From assembly GCA_049510745.1 (NCBI GenBank), contig JBEKYR010000009.1:83487-147486 (forward strand): a stretch of DNA of 64,000 nt, written 5' to 3'. The notes below the pieces were generated by a model. It ran no database searches, was not told where the DNA came from, and saw only the letters and a list, made by a program, of their open reading frames with translations. The DNA comes from Verrucomicrobiota bacterium (lineage in GTDB: Bacteria > Verrucomicrobiota > Verrucomicrobiia > Limisphaerales > Palsa-1400). The position numbers were made by a program, and so were the translations under genes. Of this stretch, positions 9,405 to 20,000 are shown piece by piece; the first letter of the stretch is position 1, and every line of letters starts with the position of its first letter.

Positions 9405-11068
9405 TTACACGGCATGGGTACCATAGGTTGGCTCAATTGGGAAATCACGTTCTCCCATCTTCCATGCGCAAAACGCAAGAGACAAAAGAAAAAGCGATTT
9501 GAAGACAAACAACGGCCAAACGAAAAAGAAACATGCCAACCCGATGACGGCGAAACAAATGGCAGAGACTCCGCCCCTCCCTCGTACGCGAGCCAGTCGA
9601 ACTCCAAAAATTGTCTTGTCCCCACTGATCTTAAATAGCTTCAAGGCCCTCTTCACACTGAGATATGCAACCAAATCGATAAAGACCACTCCCGCAAATG
9701 CGATTTCAGTCTTCCACCACATGTTCCGGTCGATGCCGACATCATCCAGATAATACCGCCATGCGCAAAGCCCCAAGCAAAGAGCACACAACCAGATTCT
9801 GCGCTTGGCCCACAACCTCCTCTTGGGTTCAAGTTCGAGAGCCGCTTTAGCTGTGCGTAGCCAATACGCATGATACGTTCGGGCTTCTTTGGCGGGGTCC
9901 AGAGATTGCTGTTCAACAGCCAAAAGCCAAGTCATGGTCGCAACATATTGCTCAAAGCGCCTCGATTGTGGATGCTCTTGATCGCCGATGACGATGACCG
10001 AGCTATCCTTCCCAAAGAGAATAAAGCAGGCGTTCAGAACGGATTCCGGCATGTTCAAGGCGGTCAGCCTGCAAATCACCTCTTTGACTGCAGCGTAGGC
10101 CGTTTCTCTCTCCTTGACGCCGGTCTCCCCCGGCTTCCGCCAAGAGAACATCAAAATAATCCTATTCGGGGGAAGCGTCTTAAACGCTTGTTCGATCTCC
10201 CAAAGAAAGTTTTCAGCTACCGATGATACATTAAATACGGCGAATTGGGATCGCACAAGTCGCAAGGAGACTTCCGCCTGCCACTTCTCATTGGATACGT
10301 ATACCCGGGCCGCACCAAGCTCGGGCAACTCTTCATCCGGTCGTCCGATGGCAACGCAAGGCCCAAGGGTCCTCATACCGTTCACCATGGCCATCTCATA
10401 CGTCAAGAAACCCGGGCGCGTTCGTTCCACGGGTAGCTCCAATCCATCATTGATGAAACGTCTCAAGTAAAGGACTTGCGGACGGGGATCGGTCGAGACC
10501 GCCATGTCGGCGCTAGGGGCGGAGAGTTGCTTCCATTCCCGGAGAAATCCATTGCCCCAACGAAAACATTTTGGAAGGACTATCGTATAGATTATTCCCA
10601 ACAACATTGCCGAGCGCATGAAGTCGGGAAAATCCTCTGGTGCCTTTTCAATAAAGTAAAAAGGCAGTAGCACTAGAACACTCAAAGCAACTATCCACGC
10701 GGCTAACCAACTAAGGTAGGCTCGCCAAAACTGGGCACGTCGCTCCTCTTGAACAACGAGTGAAAGACCCGTTGCTAGAACCAGAAGCCGTCGCAGAGCG
10801 GAGAACGTCTTTATGTTGGTGATTAATGCCGGGAAAGGTTGTCGCCATAACCAGAAAGCGAGAGCGCCAATGCAGATTCCGACGACCCACCGATTCGCTT
10901 CGGCGATCCACGGATAGCGCGAGAATTGGGCTGCAGCACCAAGCAGGGCTCCAGCCAAAGCTGCAATCCAGAATGCTTTTATAGCGTTCAATCGATAGCG
11001 AAAATCAACATCATCCAAAATCCAATGACAGATGCCCGTCCTTTGGGACCGCCGACGCCGTTGACGGC
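9405..11068 (-). pseudogene. Membrane protein with a conserved cytoplasmic domain, probably 5'-truncated
   Basis: TM segments, then YLRRF..D...GPCVAIGRPDEELPELGAARVY...WQ..V...WE domain; atypical codon usage; no clear start after the junction near 11068. Confidence 0.55.
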
Positions 11069-11878
11069 AGTGTCTTCGGAGGCCTGCCGGTCTTCCTTGG
11101 TGCCCTGGCTGTAGAAGCTCCACGCATAGACGCGACGCGCGCGGAACCAGCCCTCGCGCTGGAGGCGCTGAAGCCAGTGTTGGACGAGCATGGTCTTGCC
11201 CACGCCGCCCCAAGCGACGAGGGAAACGATGGCGGTATGCGGTTGGGCATAGGCGAGGTCGAGAAGGGCAAGTTCCTGTTCGCGACCGATGAGTTCTTCC
11301 TCGCGCAGGCCGGTGCTGCGGGTGAGCGGGAATTTGTCGAGGAAGGTTTTGGCTTCGCCAAGTGCGGATTCCGGTGTGCGGAGTGCGGAATACTCTGCAA
11401 GGGCGGCATCGCCGAGTTCTACCGCAATTTCGGTCCCAAGCTGTCGGAGAACATGGTCGCGATTTGTTGGGGACAGCGACACGAGCGGAACCGGTGTGGC
11501 TTGTTCACGCGGCTTGATTTGCAGCGAAGCCAGCCAGGGATTTGCTTCCCAAGCGCATTTCTCGCACAGAATCGGCGCCAAAATCAGGCCCTCCTCTTTG
11601 TGACGGCGCTGCAATTCCGGCAGTTCATGCTGGAGAACGAATGGGGATTTCAGAAATTCATCGGTCAACAGCAGCACAGCGAGGCGGGCACTGCTCATCG
11701 CTTGGTTGATCCGGGCGTGCCAGTCGTCGCCGAGCTTCGTTTCGTCATCATGCCAAACGTCGAGCAGGTGATGTTTTTCGAAGACAGAGAGTTGCGCGAG
11801 GAGGCGGTCCTTCCAAGCCAAGCCATTTCCTCGATGGCTGTAGCTGATGAAGATGTTGGATGGCTTTGGCTGACTCAT
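10988..11878 (-). pseudogene. TIR domain plus P-loop NTPase (STAND-like), C-terminally truncated
   Basis: IFISYSH, WHDD, LLLTDEFLKS...E TIR motifs; IGREQEL and WGGVGKT Walker A; ends about 40 aa later with no Walker B. Confidence 0.75.
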
Positions 11879-11901
11879 AATCTAAGGCCACAGCCCGAAG
11901 A

Positions 11902-12100
11902 CTACTTGGCTGGCCAAGAATTGTCGAGCGCAATGGGTGGTTGGTTTTGCCATTCGGGGAAGCGGTCGAGGTCGGGCAGTTTGGAGCGGCCGTTGGTCGC
12001 GGCGACGAGGACGGTGAGAAATTCAGCGCGGTGTTCGCCGAGTTGGGGTTTCAAGAACTCGATGAAGTAAGCGATATCCCTGACAAGAATCTGGCGGGTC
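11902..12100 (-). pseudogene. C-terminal gene fragment cut off by the IS end
   Basis: Open frame YFIEFLKPQLGEHRAEFLTVLVAATNGRSKLPDLDRFPEWQNQPPIALDNSWPAK* with host-like codons and no start; stops 23 nt before the TIR ATG. Confidence 0.5.
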
Positions 12101-12105
12101 TCCCC

Positions 12106-12512
12106 TGTACTTTGTTAGCGTGAAACGCCGGTTGGCTTAGAATGCTAACGCACTCTTTGCCATCAGTTTCTCTGGTTTCACTGACAGTTATCAGAGGGCA
12201 CGACTTGGAGGACTCGGCCCCCCAACCTCCCTGCCGGCCTTCCAACCAGTCGTTGGGTGTCACGTATCCGAGAGCGCTGTGCAAGCGCACCAGGTTGTGG
12301 TGGTTCACGAACTCCTGTACCACCCGCCGCGCGTCGGCCAACGTCAGCAGAGTCTTAGGCCCGATGACCTGCTCCTTGAGCGTGCGATGAAAACGCTCCA
12401 GTTTGCGTTGGATTGTTGGATTGGGGATAATGGGGACTGGTGAGCACGTGGCTGGTTTGCCACAAGCGCAGGAACTCTTTGAAGTCCTTGGCCACGAACT
12501 GCGGGCCGTTGA
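12106..12512 (-). mobile_element. IS3-family transposase remnant (rve core) with right end
   Basis: NGPQFVAKDFKEF...SPHYPQSN / KLERFHRTLK...HNLVRLHSALGYVTP; frameshift at an 8-bp duplication (12407-12422); terminal TGTAC at 12106. Confidence 0.8.
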
Positions 12513-12800
12513 TGCCCCAAGCCTAGTGCAAAGCCCGCCGTCAAAGGCCGTCAACGAACACGGCGGCTTTGGAAAATGGACTTCGGAAATATGCTTTAAT
12601 CCGTCCGACCTGCCGACCGTGATTCACAATGCGGCAGCGCCCGTCTGACGAGAACGGGAGTCCTCAGATTCAAGTAATCGTGGCTCTTAGGGCCAACTCC
12701 CCCCCCTTCTGCGTCAATCCGCGTATTGCACACCGAAAGCTTTCGGGGCTGCGGGCAAACAACACATAAGCTCTTGTCTCTGTGATCCTTCCGCAACTTT

Positions 12801-12916
12801 CATCCGTGTCATCCGTGCCATCCGTGGTCGCATTTCCTTTGGTTGCGCCTCCCCGCGCTGCGCTCTCCCCGTCCTCCATAGCTTCAGCGAAGGAAGATGC
12901 GGCTAAATCCTCTTCT
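12801..12916. repeat. Cluster of short dispersed repeats: 9-bp triad, REP-like units and a nested hairpin
   Basis: catccgtgt catccgtgc catccgtgg; tttggttgcgcctccccgcgctg resembles 28665-28687 inverted; tgcggctaaatcctcttc resembles 29210-29227. Confidence 0.65.
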
Positions 12917-12929
12917 CCTGAAAAAGTTC

Positions 12930-12959
12930 TTGCCAACATCCATAATCATGTGGTATAAC
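12930..12959 (+). promoter_or_regulatory. Extended -10 sigma70-type promoter
   Basis: TTGCCA-N18-TATAAC preceded by TG-n. Confidence 0.45.
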
Positions 12960-13057
12960 ATCCATCGATGAAATGCTCATCACATCGGGCAAGACAGGCT
13001 TTCGCCCCCGGCGCTCCGCCGGCGCTCCATTTATTGGTCCTTCTGCGCCCTTCCAAG

Positions 13058-13390
13058 TTTCAGCCTTTAGCCCTCAGCCTTGTCCCTTCCCTTTGCCCTG
13101 TGTCCAATCAAGCCGGGTTAAGGTAATTTAAGCCAATTTAAGGTAAATCAACCCCCCTCCCCCCCCTCTTGAAATATGAACTCATTCAGCCTTTCACCCC
13201 TCAGCCCCACGCGCCAGCCCACGCGCCAGCGTCAGCCCGACAATTTGTTCACTTGTCAGCCCAACAATTTGCTTACTTGTCAGCCTTCTTTCTTGCGTTG
13301 CGGCCCAATTCGACTGAATTCGACCCAATTCGACCAAAATCAATATCGCTCCGCCACGCGATTTGCTGCTTTGAATTGCTGCTTTGAATT
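13058..13390. repeat. Intergenic mosaic of tandem repeats (7, 10, 12, 13 and 24 bp units)
   Basis: TYAAG with 10-bp period at 13108-13151; 24-bp unit twice at 13231-13285; AATTCGAC three times at 13307-13334; ttgctgctttgaa twice at 13363-13388. Confidence 0.8.
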
Positions 13391-13577
13391 GTATTGCCTT
13401 CTCCGCCGCCGATGGCAAAATGAGGCAAATTGGTCTGGATGCTGTTGAAATTCCCGCACCAATCATTTATGCACTGGCAAGGATCGGCGATAAAAAAGTA
13501 TGGCGGCTGGCAGCCCGTCCTTGCGCAGCGCGGCCCGACAACGCCGGTCTGAAAATTAACTCAAAATCTCAAACGCC

Positions 13578-14969
13578 ATGATCAGAATGCAACAAAAACC
13601 ACGATGTCTCCTCGCCACGGCGCTCCTTGGCTGCCTGGCGATTCATTCCACCCTCCTCTCAGTGGCAGCCCCGTCCACTCCGAGCACCCGCAAATCACCC
13701 GACTGGCTCCGCAGCGCGGTCGTGTATGAAATCTTTCCACGAAACTTCTCCAGGGAAGGGGATCTCAACGCGATTACCGCCCGGTTGGATGAATTGAAGG
13801 ACCTCGGTGTGGACGTTCTCTGGCTCATGCCGATCCATCCGCTCGGCGAAAAAATGAAGAAAGGCTCCTGCGGAAGTCCTTTCGCCGTGCGCGACTTTTA
13901 CGCCATCAACCCCGACTACGGCACCACCAACGACTTCAAGCGGCTGATCGATCAAGCCCACAAGCGCGGCATGAAGCTCATCATGAATATTGTGGCCGCT
14001 CAGACCGCTTGGGACAGCGTGCTCATGGATCATCCGGATTTTTACAAGAAGGATACCAATGGCGCCATCATCCCCCCCCTTCCGGCCTGGACGGATGTGG
14101 CCGGGTTGAATTATGCCAACCCGGACGTGCGCCGCTACATGACTGAAATGATGAAATACTGGCTCAGGGACTTCGGCGTGGACGGGTTTCGTTGCGACGT
14201 CGCTCCCACCGTGCCGGTTGAGTTTTGGGAAGCAGCCCGCGATGAACTCGAGAAGCTCAATCCCAACGTCGTCATTCTCGCCGACGCCGGCGCCAAGCCG
14301 GAACTGCTTGCCAAAGCCTTCGACGTGGATTCCTCCTGGGGCTTCTTTTACACGCTGGACTTGGTTATGAGCGGCACTGTGCCCTTCTCCTATCTGAAAG
14401 AATCGTGGGAACGCACCTCTCAGCAGTTCCCAAAGGGCGCCTTGCACCTGCGCATCTCGGACGACCACGAGCAAATTCGGGCGGTGGCCCGTCACGGCAT
14501 GGAGGGCGCGCTGGCCGCGCAGGTGTTGATGCTGACGCTCGACGGCGTGCCGCTCTTTTACAACGGCATGGAAGTGGGTGATGCCACCGAATCCGCCGAC
14601 CCGGCTTTGTTTGAAAAAATGCCGGTGTTTTGGAATCCCGGCGGACGCCCTCCTCTGCGCAACATTTACCGGGATTTGATCAAACTTCGCAAGCAATACG
14701 CCGCCTTGTATGGCGGGGATGTGGTCTGGCTCCAAAACTCGGCGGCGGGGGAAGTCGCCAGCTTCCTGAGAAAGGATGAGAAGGATGAGTTCCTTGTCCT
14801 GATCAATCTTTCAAGCCAGCGCGCGACCGGCTCGGTGGAACTGTCAAATGCGGAGGGCTTTGAACCGGTGAAAATCAGCGGCCGGAGCGTCCCGGTTGAC
14901 CCCCTCGCTTCCGGCTTCAGCCTCAACGGCTACGAGTGGTTCATTTTTCATCGAACCATTCGCAAATAA
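13578..14969 (+). CDS. GH13 alpha-amylase family protein with divergent active site
   Basis: Signal peptide; VVYEIFPRNF, LGVDVLWLMPI, DGFRCDVA and GVPLFYNGME motifs. Confidence 0.9.
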   Translation: MIRMQQKPRCLLATALLGCLAIHSTLLSVAAPSTPSTRKSPDWLRSAVVYEIFPRNFSREGDLNAITARLDELKDLGVDVLWLMPIHPLGEKMKKGSCGSPFAVRDFYAINPDYGTTNDFKRLIDQAHKRGMKLIMNIVAAQTAWDSVLMDHPDFYKKDTNGAIIPPLPAWTDVAGLNYANPDVRRYMTEMMKYWLRDFGVDGFRCDVAPTVPVEFWEAARDELEKLNPNVVILADAGAKPELLAKAFDVDSSWGFFYTLDLVMSGTVPFSYLKESWERTSQQFPKGALHLRISDDHEQIRAVARHGMEGALAAQVLMLTLDGVPLFYNGMEVGDATESADPALFEKMPVFWNPGGRPPLRNIYRDLIKLRKQYAALYGGDVVWLQNSAAGEVASFLRKDEKDEFLVLINLSSQRATGSVELSNAEGFEPVKISGRSVPVDPLASGFSLNGYEWFIFHRTIRK

Positions 14970-15143
14970 TGATCCGCGGAGTGTTTCCGACCCTTGCCAG
15001 CCGTTCACCCCGGCCGGACGGCAGCTCGCCAGTGTGCGAAACGCACCTTTCAACCGGCCGGCCTGAAAAATCCGCCTTGTCTTTGGCCGGCGCTTGCGGG
15101 ATGTTACCCAGGCTCTCCGAAACAGGGCCGGCGATTGTTGAAA

Positions 15144-15584
15144 ATGGATATGCCCCAAGCTTTGGTGTCATTTCTGAAACGCTGGATGATTACCACGGCG
15201 GCCGTCGTGCTGGCCGCCAGTATTGTCCCGGGCATTACGTACACACCGGGGGGCCTGATCCTGGCGACGCTCCTGCTCGGTTTGCTCAACGCCTTCGTCC
15301 GCCCGGTCATGCTGCTCCTGTCGCTCCCCCTGCTCATTTTCACTCTGGGACTCTTCATCCTGGTCATCAACGCCCTCCTGCTTTACTGGGTCGGCCACAT
15401 TCTCAGGAATTTTCAGGTCGAATCTTTTGGGGCGGCGTTTTGGGGGTCGCTCATTATCAGCATCGTTTCGATGATGCTCAACGCCCTGACCAAGGGCGGC
15501 GGAGGGCCGCGCGTCGAATTTCGCCGCGGCAATCCCCCGCGCCCGCCGTCCGGCGACGGCGGCGGCCCGGTCATTGATGTTTGA
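15144..15584 (+). CDS. Phage holin family (4-TM, YvlD/DUF360-like) membrane protein
   Basis: LGLLNAFVRPVMLLLSLPLLIFTLGLFILVINALL signature. Confidence 0.85.
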   Translation: MDMPQALVSFLKRWMITTAAVVLAASIVPGITYTPGGLILATLLLGLLNAFVRPVMLLLSLPLLIFTLGLFILVINALLLYWVGHILRNFQVESFGAAFWGSLIISIVSMMLNALTKGGGGPRVEFRRGNPPRPPSGDGGGPVIDV

Positions 15585-15588
15585 CCGG

Positions 15589-16206
15589 TCACGGCCCGGC
15601 CAATTGCCAGGCCAGGCGCAAGACGGGAACGCCTTGTTTGAGGAACCCCCGCTCGAAATCGGTCAACACCCCGGCCAACTCTTCCGGCGTCGGGATTTCC
15701 GCGAAGAACGGGCACGCGCCAAAGACCGCTTTCATCCGCGAAAAATAGTCCGCGTTGTCCGTCCGCAAATAAACCGCGCCGCCGTCGGCCAGCGCCTCCC
15801 TGGCCAGGGTGGGAAAACGCTCGTTGATCAGGCGGTGCTTGTGGTGTTTGCGCTTGGGCCACGGGTCCGGGAAGTAAATGTGCAGGGCTTGGGCTGATTT
15901 CGGCGGCAGCAGGCGCTCCAGGAAATAAGACGCCTCGATCCGCACCGCCCTCAGGTTGGCCAGGCCCAGCCGCTGGCCCTTCCGCTCCAGTTTCCGCAGC
16001 CGCCCCAGCAACCGCTCGACGCCGATGAAATCGCGCCCGGAATGGAGCGCGGCGTAGTGCGCCAGAAACGAGCCGTCGCCGCTGCCCAATTCGATTTCCA
16101 ACGGCTGCCGGCGGGGAAAAAGCTGCGCCAAGTCCAGCCGCTCGACAATCGAAGCCAGCGGATGGATGAGGCGGGCGGCGGCGGCCTGGCTGGTTTCAGG
16201 GTTCAA
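15589..16206 (-). CDS. trmB: tRNA (guanine-N7)-methyltransferase
   Basis: EIELGSGDG, FPDPWPKRKHHKHRL and TDFE motifs. Confidence 0.92.
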   Translation of the reverse strand: MNPETSQAAAARLIHPLASIVERLDLAQLFPRRQPLEIELGSGDGSFLAHYAALHSGRDFIGVERLLGRLRKLERKGQRLGLANLRAVRIEASYFLERLLPPKSAQALHIYFPDPWPKRKHHKHRLINERFPTLAREALADGGAVYLRTDNADYFSRMKAVFGACPFFAEIPTPEELAGVLTDFERGFLKQGVPVLRLAWQLAGP

Positions 16207-16942
16207 TCAGGCGCAACTGGAAGTTCTTCACTCCCGCCGCGGTGGTGTAGGTGGCGACGCCGAGCGGTTCGCAAAGATAGATGGAACCGGGCCGCAGCGA
16301 AACTTTGCGTCCGATTATGGAAACGTCGATGATCTTCCTCTCGTCCAGCCAGGCCTCGATCCTGGCGGGAGTCACGCGCAGGAGGACGTGATACCAATGG
16401 CCCGTGTCGAAAGACAGGCTCTTGGTCGTTTCGTTTTCCGATGCGTCCTGGTCGTCCAGGCTGGAGAGTCCGACCAGGCCGCCGCCCCACCCGCCGAGGA
16501 TGAGGCTGCACGAGGAATCCCCCACGGGAAAGGTCAGCCCGCAAAAAAAGTCGCTGCCGTCCAGCTTGATCGAGTCAAGAACGATTTCGTAATCGGTTTT
16601 GGGCAGCGTCCCGTTGGTCCAGGTGATGCCGCTCAATTCGGCGCCCATGCCGATCTTAATGTAGCCGGACTCAACCGTCACCTCGCCATGCCCGGCGAAA
16701 TCGGTCACGGCCCAATGGGTCAAAGTTTTCCCATCGAACAGGGACGTCCACTGTGTCGTCCAGTGATTGGCGCGCGGCGCGAAGGCGATGGCCACGGGCG
16801 GGGGCGCCGACGGCGCCGGTTTGGGTGGCGGGACCGCTGGTTTATGGCTGGCGCAACCGGCCAGCAGCAAAAGCGCAAGCCCCAAGCCGCGCCGGGCAAG
16901 CCGTTTTCTGCCGTCCGCCGAATGACTTGGTCCGCGTGTCAT
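16203..16942 (-). CDS. DUF1080 family lipoprotein
   Basis: Lipobox LLLAGC; SLFDGKTL..W, GSDFFCGLTFPV and GGWGG motifs; ORF stop lies at 16196, overlapping trmB. Confidence 0.75.
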
Positions 16943-17003
16943 GAATAGCGAGACTAAACTCAGCGGCGGCCCGTTCAAAGCTCAAAGTCCGAAATGCGCC
17001 CCT

Positions 17004-20000
17004 TTACGGAGAGGCCACGCGGTAGTAGCCCTGCAAGGAGGCGACGCCGTTGGTCACGACGCGGACCGAGCCGTCGCCGGTGAAGGATTGCAAGGGGGTC
17101 CACATGGCGTTAGTCAGGGCGTTGTTGTACTCGACAGTGTAGGTTTGGTTGCTGACGGTTTGAAACGAGAAAGTGAAATTGCCGCCGAGGAGCAGCGGGT
17201 TGGCGAGAGTGGGCGCCCACGGGCCGTTGCAGCAAACGTTGCTTCCGCCGTCGTTGACCGCGATGGTGTCCACCCACCAGCCGACCGAGCCATAGGCATT
17301 GCCGATGTCCGTGGCGCAGCGCCATTTCAACTGGATGTTTTGCCCGGCCGCCGCGGCGGGAAGGCTGGCCACCGTCGTGATGAAGCCGCCGGAATCGCCG
17401 CTCCACGCCGCCCGTCCGGCCAGGGGATTGCCGGTGTCCGAGGCGATGGTCTGAGCATAACCGTTGGTCAGAAAAACGCCGCCGGCCGCCAGGAGATCGC
17501 TGAAGGCGTTCGTGCCGATTTGAATTTCCAGCACGCCGCCGTCGAACGCTTCCGCCATGTCATAGGGATTGATTTCGAGATTGATGCTGTGGCGGAAAAC
17601 CACTTGCGCGGCCGCCGTGGCAATGGGAATGGAAGGCGAGAGCAACTCGGCGATGCCGGCGTTGGTGACGGCCGTCGCAAAGGCCGAGTTGGGTGGGGAA
17701 TCGGCGCTGTTGTTCGTCGTCACCCAGGGGATTTGGCCGCCTGTCACCGCCGTGGTCCAACCGGACGGCAGCGCCGGCGGGGTGACAGCATCAAAATTCT
17801 GTGTCAAATCTATTAAAGGAACGAATTGCCCCAGGGGAAAGGTGAAGTTCACCGAACCGAGGCTGGCAGGGCCGTCCTGCAACTGGAGCGTGGCCGTGAG
17901 CGTCCCCCCGCACTCGCCGCCGGCGGTGAAGGAGAACGCCGCCTCCACGGGAGCGCCGCCCGCCGGCAGCACGCCGCACGCCACCGGGCCGCCGGGAGAG
18001 AGGACGCCGCCGCCGGACAGGAGAGTGGCGGCCAAATTAGTCGTATTGACTGTGCCCAGGTTTTGGAGCGCGAAGCGGACCGTCACGGTTTCGCCGGGAT
18101 CGATCAGGCCGTTGGCGGGCAGGCAATTTTCCGCGGCGACGACGGCGCCGGCGGGAACAATGACGGGCGGGCCGGCGCCGGCCGCGTTGTCGATTACCAG
18201 GGCAAAGTCCTGCGCCAGACCGTTGCTGCCGTTGGGCACGCCGATGGAATTGAGGCTGGTGGCGGCGACGGTGACGGTGAAGTTCCCCGCCGCGCCCGGC
18301 GGGAGGAAAACGCTTTCGACGTTGTTGGCCGGATCGGGCGCGCCGCCCGCGGCCGACCAGGCGTTGCTGAACACGTTTCCCAAATAGGTCTGGCCCCCGA
18401 TGCTCACTGTCAAGTCGAGGTCGTTGTTGTAAGCCGCGCCAATCGTGCTGCCGGGGGCGTCGGTCCAGGCGACGGTGACGCGGAAGGGAAGGTTGGTGTC
18501 GGCGACCGAGCCGGAGAAGGCGCGCGTCTGGCCGCTTTCGGTGAAGGTATCGACGCCCAGTTGGTCGCGGACGATGCGCGGCACGCCGTCAAAGGCGGCG
18601 CCCAGGTCCAATTCGCCCATGCCCTGGGCGTCCGACCAAAGCGTGTCGTTTGCGGTGACGCCAGTCAGGTAGCGCGCGCTATTCATCAGCCAGGCCTTGG
18701 TCATGGCCGGCGACGGCGGGAGGAACGACTGATTGAGGAAGTACTGCCGGAGCAGGGCGCAGCCGCCCGCCACGCACGCGGTGGAATGGCTCGTCCCCGA
18801 AGAGGCCGTGTAGAATTGCTGGCCGGGCGGGTAGTAAGTGCTTCCAACCCCGCCGCACACGCTGTCGCCGTTGTAACAGGAATCGGCCGTGCCGAAAGAC
18901 CCCGGATCGCCGGCCTGAACGACGCCGCCGCTGACGTGGGTCGAAGGAGCGACCAGGTCCGGCTTGTGGCGGCCATCGGCGCAGGGGCCGCGCGAGGAAA
19001 TGTCAAGAATTTCGTTGGCGCTGCCCGCCTGATTGTCGCCGATGTTGCATTCGTCGTAGCCGCCGAAGGGTTGCACGTTGTCGGCGCCGCCGACGGCGAT
19101 GACATTCTTGGCTGTGGCCGGCTCGTCGGGGGTTTGCGCGCCCGGCCCCGAATTTCCCGCCGCGAAGACGATGACCATTTCCTGGTTGCCGGTCGCCGGA
19201 TAAGGGGAGCCGGCGGGCTGGGCGTCGCGGACCAGCGCGTCGAATTCCTGCGAAGCGATGCCATAATCGCCATTGGCATTGCCGTAGCCCCAACTGTTGT
19301 TGCTGACGCGAGCGCCATCCTGGTAGGCCTGGTCCTGCAATTGGCTGAAGCTCAGGTTGCCAGTCGGATAATCCGGGTCAAAAATGACGGACGACCCCAA
19401 CTGCACAAAAGGGCAGACTCCCAAGCCGTAGTGATACCCCGCGTTGTCCGCAAACGGATAGCCCGAGGCGTTGTCATACCCGCCGATGATATGCGCGTTG
19501 AGCGTGCCGTGGCCGTCGCACCCCTTCAACGTGCTGCCCGCATTGGGCGTCCCTTCCAGGCGCGAGTAAACGACCCGGCTGGCCGCGTTCGTTTCGCCCT
19601 CGCTGTAAAGACCAAAATGGTTCGGCGTGGTCGTGCCATCGTCAATCCCGCTGTCGGTCACGTCCACGACAAAGGCCGAGGCGGTGAATTGTTCCTGGGT
19701 GAAGCCTTTGCCGGCGAGCCAGGCGAGGTAGCCGGGGCCGCTGGGCACATTCCCGGAGAGATTTCCCGCAACGATCTGATCCTGCCGTTCGCAAAGTTTT
19801 TTCGGCGCAAGGAAAGGCCGAATCGAAATCACATCGGGCCGGGCGGCGAGAGCCTTCACGTCGGCCGGTTTCAAACGCGCGATCACATTGAGATACTGCA
19901 AGACGCGGCGCTGCTGAATCGGCGGTTCGAGCAACTTCAACGTCGCCGCGTTGGCCGTGGCGTCCGCCACAAGCTGGATGGCGTAGGGAGCCGCTTCCGC

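Noticed and set aside
13231..13285. 24-bp direct repeats as a CRISPR array
   Set aside because: Repeats abut with no spacers, only about 2.3 copies, and no cas genes in the window
15144..15584. Holin as evidence of a prophage
   Set aside because: This 4-TM family is commonly chromosomal; no endolysin or phage genes nearby
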